This document shows, one piece after another, positions 24,502-36,108 of a DNA stretch of 49,114 nucleotides (within the stretch, counting starts at the first letter, position 1; the number at the start of each line of letters is the position of its first letter). The DNA is from Vermamoeba vermiformis. Lineage: Eukaryota. The position numbers and the translations under genes were made by a program. The DNA is taken from contig JBEWZL010000298.1 of assembly GCA_045837725.1 (NCBI GenBank), positions 62,001 to 111,114 on the forward strand. Direction: 5' to 3'. The notes below the pieces were generated by a model that saw nothing but the letters and a program-made list of their open reading frames with translations, made no database searches and was not told the DNA's origin.

Positions 24502-25297
24502 GCTTGAATATGACTGCTAACGGTTGATTAATAGTGTATTCATACAACAGTCTTAATATATAGCTCTATTCTCACTCCTGCGAGCGATGAAGAGGAATTT
24601 AAGCAACATGTTTTTGTATACAAAAATATTAAAATTTTGCAACAGCTTGGCGGTGCTTTATTAAATTATTATATTATTGTATTAGTATATATTAGTATAT
24701 AAAGGTAATTTTTTTAATGCAACATGGTGATATTTAGAGGAGGACAAAGCTTAAAATTATGCGTACCTTTACTCCGTTTCGTGTATTAGCGGCAGATCAA
24801 TACCGCGCAGTGACTGAAGTGCACTAGTGTATTGTAATAGTGACGGTAATAATATGAAGCTGAACGGTGCAGTGTTCACTATTTGTAATTTTTGGAGGAG
24901 ACGATGTCACGCGACTTTAGCCCTTGAAATTTCACCGAATGAGAACTGACACGCACTGAACTGATCACGTGCAGCACTGTTGACGGGCACTGTCATTCAA
25001 GAGATCGATCGATTGATTGCAAGAGAGGTAAGGGATGAACCATGTACGAGCGAAGGGAAGGGCTAAACGAGCTTGACAACTACAGAAGCAGCGCGCAGGC
25101 CTATAGCTCATTCTTCACTCGTTACTACATCAACTAAAGAACAAGTGAACATCGACTCATTCGTGTTCTCTCGGTTCAACGTTACAACGGATGGGCACCA
25201 AACAATTCAAAAGACCTTTGTGACGTACACAGCTCTTAATATTGCGTCGCTGTATATTGGAGCTACTATTACTAGAGTCTGCTCTGAATTCTCCTTA

Positions 25298-26416
25298 ATG
25301 CTGCATTCCTTTGTTAAACTGCTGCGAGGCACATCCGCGACATTTAAATCAACTGCGTCAACTCAACGCCACAACACTCGCGCGGTTACTATATTCAACA
25401 AGAGCCTATTCTCTAGAGCCATGAGCGCCACAGCCACCACATCAACCATTACTAGCGTCGTGTTTGACTGCGGCGGTGTCTTGGCGCAAGATGTGCCTGG
25501 AATTATGTATGAAAAGCTCTCGTTGAGATATCCAGAGGATCAACGCGGTATGTGCTATATTCGTCGACAATTGCGCGACTAATGCGTGTTTGAAGCGCGC
25601 ATCCGTGACGGTCACAAACGGAATTACGACTGTTGGAACAAATTCAAGATAGATCCGTCGTACACTGAAGACCACTATTGGAACGATGTTATTGCACATG
25701 GTAGCATATTAATGGAGTACCTAGAGTGTGGTGGCTAATTAATTTAAATTATTTAGAGAAATTGAACGAATCCGTTGCAGAACTCAAAGCCCTGTTGCGC
25801 AGTACATTTCATCCCTATAATGTGCGCTATCATATATGTTGCTTGTCGCGATGCACGTCTAATCCATTACGTGACAGGTCTCGTTCGATCTCGCGCGCAA
25901 GTTGAAAGCGAGTGGCAAGTATCAGCTCGGTATTTGCAGGTATTTATCGGCTAAAAATAGCACCGTGCAGCAGCAGCACTCATATTTCCAAATATAGCAA
26001 TCACAGCATCGAATGGTTCGCCAGCATTGCCGAACAGTTCAAGATCTACGACTACTTTGAGAAGGTCAGTCGAATTATTTCCTAATTTAGCAATAGGACA
26101 GCGACTGACACGTGTCAAACACAGGATCTCGTGCTCGTGTCACAGGAGGTGCAGCTCGCCAAGCCCTCGAAAGAAATCTTTGCACTTGTTGTTGCGCGCC
26201 TCAATCAGCGTCAACCGACATTGCCTAATCAGGTAAGTGTCACAGCAGTGTGTCATTCAGCGACTGACACGGCGACAGGTGCTATTTTTGGACGACAAAG
26301 AGGCCAATGTGCTCGCAGCCAATGAGTCCGGACTGCAGGCGCTGCACTTTGACGCGGATGTGCACGATGCAGCGTACCTCTCGGAGCATCTCCGCAAGTA
26401 CGGCATTGCGCTATAA
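25298..26416 (+). CDS. HAD-superfamily hydrolase with presequence-like N-terminus, multi-exon
   Basis: Motif I VVFDCGGVL, spliced CSNH, SQEVQLAKPSKEIF and FLDDKEANV. In-frame ATGs at 25298 and 25421. Confidence 0.85.
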
Positions 26417-26501
26417 TTAGCTGCAGTGTATATCTGACAGTAGTGTCTATAAATAGCTGTTTAATTGTCCGGCAGTTAATTCTTATTTTGCGCTGAACGA
26501 G

Positions 26502-26843
26502 ATGAGCACTACCACCAAGCAGCATACTAACAGCAGCGCTATTGACGACACTGCGGCACGACTAGCGGCGGAGTTCACTGGCCTCGGTGTGGATGCAGAT
26601 TGGGTGCTGACTGTGAGCAAGATTTGCGACGGCAAGTACTTGTTAGCTCGCGCATTGCTGCTGCAACAACTGCCGCAAAAGAGTCGCGACGAATATGTGC
26701 AGCACAAGGGTATGTAACGCCAGTGTTAGTAACAATTATATTATTTAATTTTTTTTAAAATTTATTTGATCCAAATTCCAACTCGCACTCCAATGCGCAC
26801 ATTAGACCGATCACTGCGCTATATATACGATCAAGTTAAGTAG
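26502..26843 (+). CDS. Small hypothetical protein (~81 aa), 2 exons
   Basis: Exon 26502-26709, AT-rich GTATGT...TAG intron, exon 26806-26843 ending DRSLRYIYDQVK-stop. Confidence 0.5.
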
Positions 26844-26882
26844 TGAATATAATACTCACTGCGAGGCATTGTAGTGGCTACA

Positions 26883-29176
26883 ATGAGTGTGATCCAGCCT
26901 TACACTACAGCCAGCAATGAGTGCGGCTATTGTCAGCGCAAAAAAGGCTCCGTGACTTACGGTAAGTGTAGCTATATTTAGCACTGCGCGCTGTGCGTGT
27001 GTGCGCAACGGATGTGGCTGGATGTGGTGAATTGTGATGCGGTGGTGTGGCACTGCGCTGATAACTGACAGCACGTGTCAAACAGTGTCAACTGCTGTTC
27101 AGTGAATGCCTGGGCACTGGTTGCATGGACTGAATACCGTTCATGAACCGTGCATCATCTATTCACTGAACCATCAATTCACGGAATTGATTTCGGATCT
27201 TGCTCCACCACGCACTTCGGAGCCTATACTCCGCTACATATATACTCGCAGCACATTCACCACTCCCTCACCCCACACTGCGCACTAGTGTAGCGCGTAC
27301 TGACCCCCCACTGCACTGTACTGATGTTGCTGCAGGCATGAATGCACAGCGTATCACCGTCGAGGACTATCAGGTAAGTGCCACCACTCACCACCGCTGC
27401 CGTGACTAAATATAGCACTGCAGATGCTGATCGATCGAGGCTGGCGGCGCAGTGGGCGGTGGCTGTATCAGCCGCAGAACAGTGTCACGTGCTGTCCGCA
27501 ACACACCATTCGACTCGAAGTCGCGCAGTTCACGCCGTCACGTGCGCACAAACAGCTGCAACGACGCCTGGCACGCTATCTCAAGGGCGAGATAGTGCCG
27601 AATAATAGCAACAATAATAAGGAAGATGAGGACAACAATGTGAATATGACCGATGTGACACCACTGCCAAATAAGGAAAAGAAGAATTTCGAGTCTGAAC
27701 TGCAGCAATTGACAGCACCTGTCACGGCGGCACTCGCGCAAGCACTTGCCAAATGTGGATATGCGAACATGACACCGCACGTGACGGTGAATGACAGGTG
27801 TCACTGGCCCTCACGTGGTCACTTGACCAGTCACGTGTCACTTCAGCTGGCAGGGCGCGAGCTCAAAAATCAGACTGACAAAGCTAAAAATAGCAATACT
27901 GTCAGCACGGCACCAAACAGCGCCAAAAATAGCCTTGACTCCCAACAGAAAAAGACTAAAAAGAGCAAAACACAGTCACCGGTCACTGCTCGGGCCAAGG
28001 AGATTGCAGCGAGATTAATCTCCGAGGTCGGTGAATCACGCGACTGGACGATGAGTGTAGCGGACAGCGGTCATGTCCTAATTAGGATAACGAACACTGA
28101 CCTGGAGCAACAACTTGCCTTATTTGTCGATACTCATCGCAAGCCCTCCACGTGTCCAGCAGCTAATAATAGCAACAAGATGGACACCGAGCCCAAGCAC
28201 AAGCTCAAGGTACGTGCGATTGCCTAATAAGGTAATCACGTGACTCACGCGTACAGATCACCTTGCACCGTGCCGCGTACTCAGACGAGGCCTATCGCCT
28301 ATTTAAGAAATATCAGATGACCGTGCACCACGAGGCCGAAGATGAAGTGTCACGTGACGGTTACGAACGGTTTTTAGTGAAAGGACCGCTGTACAACGGC
28401 AACGACCAGCACGGCGTGGTACTCAACCGAAAAGAATTGCCTGAAGAGTTGCAAGGACTGGTCGAAGTTGACACGTGTCAATTCGTGCCCTACGGCGCGT
28501 ATCACCAGCACTACCGACTCGATGGCAAGCTGATTGCTGTTGCAGTCCTGGATGTGCTTCCCAAGGTATACTTGCCTAATTTAGACACGAGAGGTAGATA
28601 CTCACGCTATTTTTAGTGCCTGTCCTCGGTATACTTCTACTACGATCCAGACTTTTCCTTTTTAGATCTCGGAGTGCTCTCCGCGCTGTTCGAGATCGAG
28701 TGGGTCAAGAATCACGTGACAGCTCCGCCAGCCAATCAGAACACGTTTCAGTACTACTACTTGGGCTACTACATTCACAGCTGCGCCAAGATGCGGTACA
28801 AAGCGCAGTTCAGACCGAGTGAGCTGCTCTGCTCGGACACGCAGCAGTGGGTCGCATTTGACCTGGCATTGCCTGTTTTGGAAAAGACACCTGTCGCGCA
28901 GTATCGACTGGCCGATGAGAGTGCCAGTTCAGTGCACGTGACTGACGAGCAGATTGAAGCGGCATTTGACGAGCTCATGCTGCAGATCAGTGCGCACGTG
29001 ATCTTCATGGAGGTGGGTGGCATTCACTGGCCCTGGTAGAGGACTGATACTAACGTGTTTATACCTCGTAGGAATTGCGGCCAGAGAGTCAAGAGACAGT
29101 GCGGTCAGTGCTGAGTGAATTCATTGCGCACGTGGGGCCTGATCTCGCGTCGAGATTTGTGTGTCGATTGCGCTGA
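26883..29176 (+). CDS. ATE1: Arginyl-tRNA--protein transferase, multi-exon
   Basis: CGYC, YQMLIDRGWRRSG, CCPQHTIRL, LFKKYQMTVH, YGAYHQHYRLDGKLIAVAVLDVLP and YYYLGYYIHSCAKMRYKAQFRPSELL. Confidence 0.95.
26962..27335 (+). other. Highly self-complementary 374-nt first intron of ATE1
   Basis: Nested pairings 26986-26994/27290-27298, 27001-27007/27279-27285, 27024-27032/27255-27263, 27097-27107/27161-27171 and 27173-27180/27184-27191. Confidence 0.75.
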
Positions 29177-29390
29177 GAGCAGGATGTAAATAGTGATAGT
29201 AAAGCTTTATTTATAGCAGTCGTATTACTGATAGTCGTTATTAGGCTGCACACTCCTATTCAACTTAAACTTGAAATTGCCGCGCAAATTTCTTAACTGC
29301 AAAAGAAGTTTTTGCCAAAACCGTTACAAATTTCTCATTTTTCATTTCCAAGCCAGCGCGTAACCACAACTCATTCTTTGAAACAATACG

Positions 29391-31364
29391 ATGTCTACTT
29401 TTATTGAACATGGAGGTAGTTCAACATCACCAACGAAGATCTCGCGAAAAGGAGACACCACAAAGGTGATTAACGAGGTCCGAGAGAAGCTGCGCGCGAT
29501 GAAGAAGCCGGCGTCATTACCTACTAACTGCGAAGTAGGTAAATAGCGCGTTTGTTCGCGTTTCGTTCGCTAATCCGCTTTTCAGAGAATTGGCTCTGTA
29601 GGGCGAAGGATCACATTTATGGATAGAAACGACCTCTACGAGCGGATATGGCAAACATTCTTGAAAGAAAAGAACTACGACCTCAGCACTACTGATCGTA
29701 CTGACTGGCCGTTACACGCGATTGTTGGTACACCTGGATCAGGCAAAACACGCTTTATGGCTGAGGTACTGCGACAACCGCATCCCTCTGTAGCTGAACA
29801 CTTCGCACACTACCTCTACATACACGCGACGTACAACAATGGCAATGAAGTCACGGACTTGGACCGAAAGGCACCAGCTCGATGCCTAGCTCTGCGCCTG
29901 CTGTATCATTACTTCATTGAAGGACCTCCTCATACGCGCCTTGGAAGTGTTCTCGGTGAATTGTTCAAGTTAACGAAGCACTTGGACGACTCTGTCACCA
30001 TCCACACGGCACTGGAGCTTATTCGCGAAGACTACATTCAAGCCCACCGTCTCGACCACACTACTACTGTACACATTGCACTCGGACTGGACGAGTACAA
30101 CAAGTTTTTAATCGGTGGAGCCAGCGCTTCTTGCGAGATTAGGCAGATCGTAGAGTCTCTTGCGAGCTCAAGACTACGTCCTCCAACCAATACTCGAGTG
30201 TTTGTACTTCTTGCAGGAACGTCTCGTCGCGCTATCATCGATGCTGGTTATCATTCGACTCTCGTCATCGACACCCACCGTTTGGCACCTCTGTCTGAGG
30301 CCTCGTCCCTCACCATCATCGCCAACTACTTCCAATCAACAGACATATACACCAATGCAAGTATGAGACATCTGCTTCTAGACATTGGCGGTCATCCACG
30401 ATTGCTCGAGTGGCTAGTACGCGAGATGGACCAGCACTCGTCCGTTGCGGATGTGAACTGGTCTGCTGTGCGTCACGTGCTCACTACAACGATAGCCACC
30501 AGTTGGGATGGTACGAGCATGGCTGCACTGCAGAGTGTCCTCATGGCTATGGTCAAACGAGAGCCGCAAGCCACCGATGAAATACAAGGCCAAAGTGCCC
30601 TCACCATCGATGGTCTGGAACAACGAGAACTGGGTCTGAGATTTGACGAGTGTAATGTGCCCTACTGGCCTCGTCTTTACTTGCAGGCTTGGACCTCGCA
30701 GTTGTCAGGCCACAGAAAACAGTTCCACTCCGCACTGCGCTACACACTCGACTGCTGCACTGACGGAGAGGTGTTTACTAGGCAACACTTTGCACGCTTC
30801 TGTGCGCAGTACTTGGCACTGAGAATCGCAGCCTTTGATGAGGAACATGTGCCCGTACACGCACTTCTGCGTGGAGCTGCGATGGCGAAGGACGTTAGAG
30901 AGTGCAACCTGGAGGTTATCATGCCCCAGCACGAGAGTTACGGCGGAAGAGTACTCACCACGAACAAAACATTCCCCGCTAAGAGGTCACTGATCGATGC
31001 ATATGGCGTGCCTATTAACTGGCACAACACTGGTCGCGTAGTCGTCAACAATGAAGGCGCGCCGTTCGACCTTTTCGTCAATCTCGGTGTGCCTGGTCTG
31101 AAGGAGGGCTTCTTCATCTGTGGTCACACTCAATACTGCAACAACGCGCGATTGACTGCTGAGCACGTGATGACTGAGCTGAAGAAGGTCAAAAGAGCAA
31201 TGAAGAAGGCGCACTTGAAGCACTGGATGTTGCTCATAGTGACCATTGGCCAGTGTGATTTGAGTGCAAAGGAGGTGCCTGCGAGGTGTGCCGTAGTCAG
31301 TGCCAGTCAATGTCAACACTTCTTCACCAAGCCTTTGGCCGAACGGGTGCTCTTTCGGTGTTGA
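29391..31364 (+). CDS. Crinkler/RHS-type P-loop NTPase with C-terminal restriction-endonuclease-like domain, 2 exons
   Basis: Walker A GTPGSGKT, TYNNG, Walker B LGLDE, LLAGT, GGHPRLL and C-terminal NNEGAPFD...ICGHTQ. The short first exon joins via GTAGGT...CAG. Confidence 0.7.
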
Positions 31365-31577
31365 ATTACGGAACTATAACCATCAATACTGCTGCCGTGT
31401 GGGTGTTATGTCGTCTCAACAGCTCGGTGATCAGACGGAGAAGTTAACGCGCCTGCGACAAGAACAGCCGTTCGAGAGTGCGGATGATGTGTGCCGTCGA
31501 TTAGGCAAGCAGTGGAATAGCTTGCGGGATGTTATTGTATTCTAAGTATCACTGATCCTAAGTAAATGGACCTTGGC

Positions 31578-32656
31578 TTATTTAGTTTTGTGCTTATGTA
31601 CAAATTCGGTAAATGTGGGAAAATATCCGGCGCAGATCCAAGTCTCCATGTGCCGTCCATCAGGGAACTTCTTCAATTCCTTTTTAGGAGCGGGACAGTG
31701 ATCGAAGAGATCTTGCGACATGGTGGTGGGAATCATCTCGTCACGTGATCCTGACAGCACCAACAGCGGCATGTGCACGCGTGTGATGGTGTGCAGACTG
31801 GGCCAGCGGTGTGTCAGAAGAAATGCAAAGTATCCAAATATGGGCATGACTTCACCAACCAGGGCTGCCACGCTGGTGAATGTGTTTTCTATAATTAGAC
31901 CGGTCACGTGCTCGGGATTGTGTGCCGCAAGATCGATGGCGACAGCACCACCGAGACTGCGTCCAAATAAGTAAATATCTTTGCATTGCAGATCTTCGCG
32001 GGCCAGAAGATAGTCGAGTGCTGTCTGTGCATCTATTTTTAGCCCCTCTTCGGAGACAGTTCCGTGACTGAGTCCGTAGCCGCGGTACTCCAACAACAGA
32101 ACATTGCATTTGACACGTGTCATCAACTGCTGGGCATTGTCGAGGCGATGTCCGATGTCTGAGCACGTGATTAGTATTTCAGTGAACGAACAGACAAGTC
32201 ACGTGACTTACTGCCAGCATTCGAGTGCAAAAATAGCACCGTGGGAACTGTTGCAAAGTGCGGCGTGTGTTTGATGAAATAACTGTGAAGACGCACGTGA
32301 TCGGGTGTTGTGAGCCACACCTAGTGGATAGTACATGAATATTATAATAGGAGAGTATACTGTTGTGTTGGTGCTCTAAATTGAAATTGAAATAATGTGA
32401 AATTAATTCAAAAATAATTCAATAATTATTTAAAAATCACAGTTCAATATATTCGAATGTGCGACAATACAGGGCACTTAAATATATTCACATCTACCTC
32501 CTCCCAGTCCTCAATGTTGTGATCTTCCGGGTTCTCAACATTCGTGCGCGCATCTCGCGGCATGTAAAACACGAATATCAACATGTGCTGCAAGAAGTAT
32601 ACGATGGATATGCCAATGCCGATTACAATCAGGGGGGCCCAGATCAGCTGCAGCAT
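31578..32656 (-). CDS. Alpha/beta hydrolase, ABHD13/Bem46 family, multi-exon
   Basis: N-terminal TM segment, HSNAGNI, EYRGYGLS, nucleophile FGRSLGG, IIENTF, SGSRDEMIP and GRHMETW. Confidence 0.92.
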
Positions 32657-32807
32657 GGTGCGATCTGTTTTGGACGCAAATTTAAATGAGCTAACAGAAA
32701 ACAACACGATTATATAGCTATATTAAGATATTCTTATCATCAATGTAACACCTATAATAGTGTTGCGCGTCAATATGAATGATCATCATCTAGTATTTAT
32801 GTACAAG

Positions 32808-34502
32808 TTATTTGTGCGGTACAAAGTGCGTGATGAGTTGCTGCAAGATCCAGACATTGATCGCAAAGTATACCACGCCTGATAGCCATATTTGGAAAAA
32901 GGTATTCTCGCCCAAGAACTCCAATTTGTACGCAAAGAACAGCCACAACAACTGCAAAGATCAATCAATCAATGTGTGCTTTTCCTAATTTGGTAAGGCA
33001 TGACTTACTTGCGCACCCTGCCAGAGTGCAGCCATCAGAATCGGTCTAAATTTAGACTTGAATTCCAAATAAGGCAATGCGAGGGGCAGCAGCGAGAAGT
33101 ACCAAATAAAGTACTGCAAAGTTTGAGTCAGGAGTACTTTCCAAATATAGTAATCAAGTGACGTACCTGCACGGTGCAGACCTTGTTGAATGCCACAAAA
33201 GTAAATGTTTGCAATATTATGCAGAATCCGAGCTGCTTAAAATAGCGGTGCGTGTACACCAACATGAGTGCCATCTGCGGCACGAATGACACGAGACTGA
33301 GTATGACACTTGACACGCGATCGATCAGTGAAGGCACGTGACTGAGCACGTGGCCAGTCGAGAGATAAATGTGATAAAAATAGATCGAGAAGTTGTGGCG
33401 GTTGTCTTTGCGCCATAAATGGTAAAGATAGGTCTCGTACAGGAAGGTGTAGCCATATCTAAAATTGGCAAGTGAGTGGTGACGGCACGATGACCAAATA
33501 AGGCAATACTTACAGCCAGTACATGCCAGCAGTGAGCAGCAAAAATACTGTCGCACTGACTGCAAAGAACGTCAAGCTCGCGCGGTTGAAGTAGTCCGTG
33601 AATTTCATGAATGGTTCGGATTGTTTGCCTTTTTTGGAGCTCTTCACGTGCTGCAAGTGATAATTCCGACCCAAGAAGAAAAACAGCGGCAAAGAATAGA
33701 GGATCGGATAAATTTTGAAGTGCACTGACAGGCCGTAGAGTGCTGAGCCCAAGATGAGTCTGGGAGTGGATGCATGGCCCTGGTAGAGGTGGCACAGTGC
33801 CAGCACGATGAGCAGTGCCACCACGGACTCGGCATTGCCACGTGTGCTGACATTGATCGCGATCGGATTCAACAGCCACAGCGCCACGCACATGCGCACG
33901 TGATCAGCGGAATAATTCGAGGTCTGTTTGAGAATGCTCTCGAGCAGGGCACCGATCAGCAGATCTGCTACCATAAATAGACATTTGCCCCAGAGTGGTG
34001 TCAAGTAGATGTTGGGTGTCAACAGATAGGCGCTGCTGCTGTCAGTGATTGCCTAATTAGGTAATGTGCGACAGTACTCACATCAAGGGCGTGTAGCGGT
34101 ACGTTGTGCGCTCGAATGGTGATTGGTGCAAAGTCACGTGACGCGCTCCGTCCTCGAGCACGTGATAGTCAATGTCAGTGTAGCTCACCGCCACTGTGTA
34201 CGGCGTGTTAGTTACATTGAAAATGCATTGTAATAAGCAGACATTAATCGTCTCATTGGTCGATATTAAATTGGAACTAGTGTAATAGAAACAGAAATGA
34301 AATTAATTATTTAATTAATTTATTCTCGATTGCACACCGAGCAATTAATACAATTACCTCGCCAGTGTAATATAGTATAAATATATTACTTACGATTATT
34401 ATCTTGCCAATGCCCGTACGCGATGAGAGCCAGACGGATCAGAAAAGCAAATCCGTACAATCTGCGCGAGCTACTCGTCAATAAATGCAGCAATTTGATC
34501 AT
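32808..34502 (-). CDS. PIGM: GPI mannosyltransferase 1, multi-exon
   Basis: [55 protein letters not shown] and LEFLGEN. Confidence 0.95.
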
Positions 34503-34672
34503 GGATTATACAGCACACTGGTCGACATCAAATAGCGAAATATAATCACTCAAATCAATAACAATTGATTGCAGCTGACGTCACAGCAGTGAAAAAAATG
34601 ACAAAATATCTTTTACATTCTTTTTTTAACCCTCACCATAGCGAAACAATACTTGATACGCAGCAGTTTAAT

Positions 34673-36032
34673 ATGTTCAACTACAGTGCTGAAAAGACTC
34701 AACTCAACATTCTCGACCAGAGCAAGATCAAAGCTGCTCTCGATGATTTGCGCAATAACAAAACACCTACTAACTGGTACGTCATAGTGTACACGTGAAG
34801 TACATTAATTATAACGCTAATTTACTACTAATCATATTCGAGTAAATTTCAAAATTAAAAAGATATTTTTCAAAACAAAATCTTTTTCAGATGCACTTCC
34901 ACCCACTCACTTGCGATTGCATATTAGGGTATTGCTGAGCTATGCTGAAGACAAGAAAAACGACCTCTTCTTGCAGGCCACAGGCACAGGTGGTTTCGAA
35001 GAGCTCAAGTCACATCTGACGCCCAACAACGTCAAATACGCCGTGTTTGAAGTGGTGGTCAAGGGTGACACGTACAATCCAGTCAAATTCATGCTCTTGA
35101 CCTGGATTGGCAAAGAAGTCTCGTGAGTACAAGCGGCTGTCAATTTGTCGTTCACTGAACTGAATTATTCCGCAGTCCTGGTCTCGGCAAGGCTCGCTGT
35201 GCTGCTCACCGCAATGAATTGTACGCGTTCGTGAACGTAAGTGTCAAACAGTGACTAGTACGAGGTGTCAAAGTGTCAAGCACTAACTCGCGCGCAGAGT
35301 GCTATTGGCATTGCTGGGGAATTTCAACCCGCTGACGATGATCTGCTCGACTACGACACGATTGCTGCCAAGTATGGAACATATATTGCCCTATTTGGAA
35401 TGTGACTAACCGAGACTTCAGATTGACACGTGTCGCCAATCAAAGTTCGACCAACTCCGACAAGACGCGTCAAGACATGTCACGCTCACACGTTGAAACT
35501 GGTGACCGGTCCAAGTCACGTGTCAATCTCGACGATCAGATCGCGAGTGAACTGAAGCGTGTCTACCAGGGTCAAGCTACTTGGTGAGTGTCGCGTGACA
35601 CCTGTCAAACTGGAGCTCGTACTGACGTGTAAAACAGGACCTCATTCGGCTACAGTGACACTGAAAAAGATCGCGTTGAATTCTTAGAAACAGGCAACGG
35701 TTCACTGAACGACATTAAGCGATTATTTGCAGATGATAAGATTCGATTCTGCGTGTTCTGCCTGGAATATTTGCAGCCTGGATTCGTTGAAAAAGTCAAA
35801 AAGTATATTTTAATCACGATGGTCGGTGCTCACGTGCCACCACTGAAAAAGGCTCGCAGCAGTGGTCAACGACAAGGTACCTCGCCGTTCACTGAATTAA
35901 TGTATTCGCATAACTAATCAGTGCACAGACATTGTGGACTATGTGCTGGCGTCGTGTCCGTTCCACTTGCACTTCCAGCCCAACGACCCCGAAGAGATCA
36001 CTGAGAAGAATATTGTCGCTAAATTCGTGTAA
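34673..36032 (+). CDS. Coactosin-like actin-binding protein with two ADF-H domains, multi-exon
   Basis: DLRNNKTPTNWVLLSY...GTGGFEEL...VKFMLLTWIG, then a second repeat GNGSLNDI...KKYILITMVGAHVPPLKKARS. Confidence 0.8.
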
Positions 36033-36108
36033 TTTTAACTGCCAGGTACGGTAATACAGTTTGCATAAATAGTTTTACTTTTTACAATTCGTGTTCTATC
36101 TTACATGC

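Noticed and set aside
24540-25105. Possible small plus-strand multi-exon gene, or a TGA read-through ORF on minus
   Set aside because: No consistent exon chain or recognisable product. The AT-rich part is better explained as a minus-strand 5'UTR intron (GTACGC...CGCAG) of the DUF1295 gene, and no SECIS was seen.
27120-27160. TPP riboswitch in the ATE1 intron (CTGAATACCG...GAACC)
   Set aside because: No CUGAGA motif and no P5 GxUAAU hairpin.
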